Shown here piece after piece: positions 42,340 to 42,430 of a DNA stretch of 42,430 bases. The notes beneath the pieces were generated by a model that was not told the DNA's origin, ran no database searches, and was given only the letters and a program-made list of their open reading frames with translations. Position numbers and translations under genes: made by a program. The stretch's first letter is position 1; each line of letters starts with the position of its first letter. Origin of the DNA: a virus (Duplodnaviria > Caudoviricetes); IMG/VR virus record IMGVR_UViG_3300035670_000471, positions 1 through 42,430 of that record, one strand, 5' to 3'.

Positions 42340-42430
42340 GCGTTCCGTGGCAACCAAGACGCCATCAAGGCCCAGCGCGAGGCCCAGCGCCTGCGCGGCG
42401 CGCAGGTGACCCGCATGGCCGCCAACGGCC
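42340..42430 (+). repeat. 91-bp exact duplicate of 28103-28193 (probable chimeric tip)
   Basis: Sequence switches abruptly from endolysin to the gp14-like gene. Confidence 0.9.

Overview
The window is an essentially complete, circularly permuted genome of a high-GC temperate podovirus. The unit length is 42,212 bp: bases 1-127 recur exactly at 42213-42339, and the last 91 nt duplicate 28103-28193, probably an assembly tip. Gene content and order resemble BPP-1/epsilon15/APSE-type phages of Proteobacteria: lysis cassette, attP and tyrosine integrase, a leftward replication arm (SNF2 helicase, VRR-NUC, family A DNA polymerase, SSB, DUF2800 nuclease), a repressor/Cro-like switch, primase-helicase with a likely iteron origin, an accessory operon, then packaging, head, tail, ejection and receptor-binding genes. 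Family assignments come from motif recognition, not database searches. The least expected signals are non-coding: (i) a dispersed 14-bp palindrome TTAGCANNTGCTAA embedded in at least five sigma70-like promoters; (ii) a six-copy late-promoter motif GGTGYGCWTW-N17-(T)AnnnT, two copies implying leaderless mRNAs; (iii) a switch-like RNA with competing helices upstream of the primase operon. A compositionally foreign ADP-ribosyltransferase-like module also sits inside the giant ejection protein. No CRISPR, tRNA, reverse transcriptase or DGR was seen.
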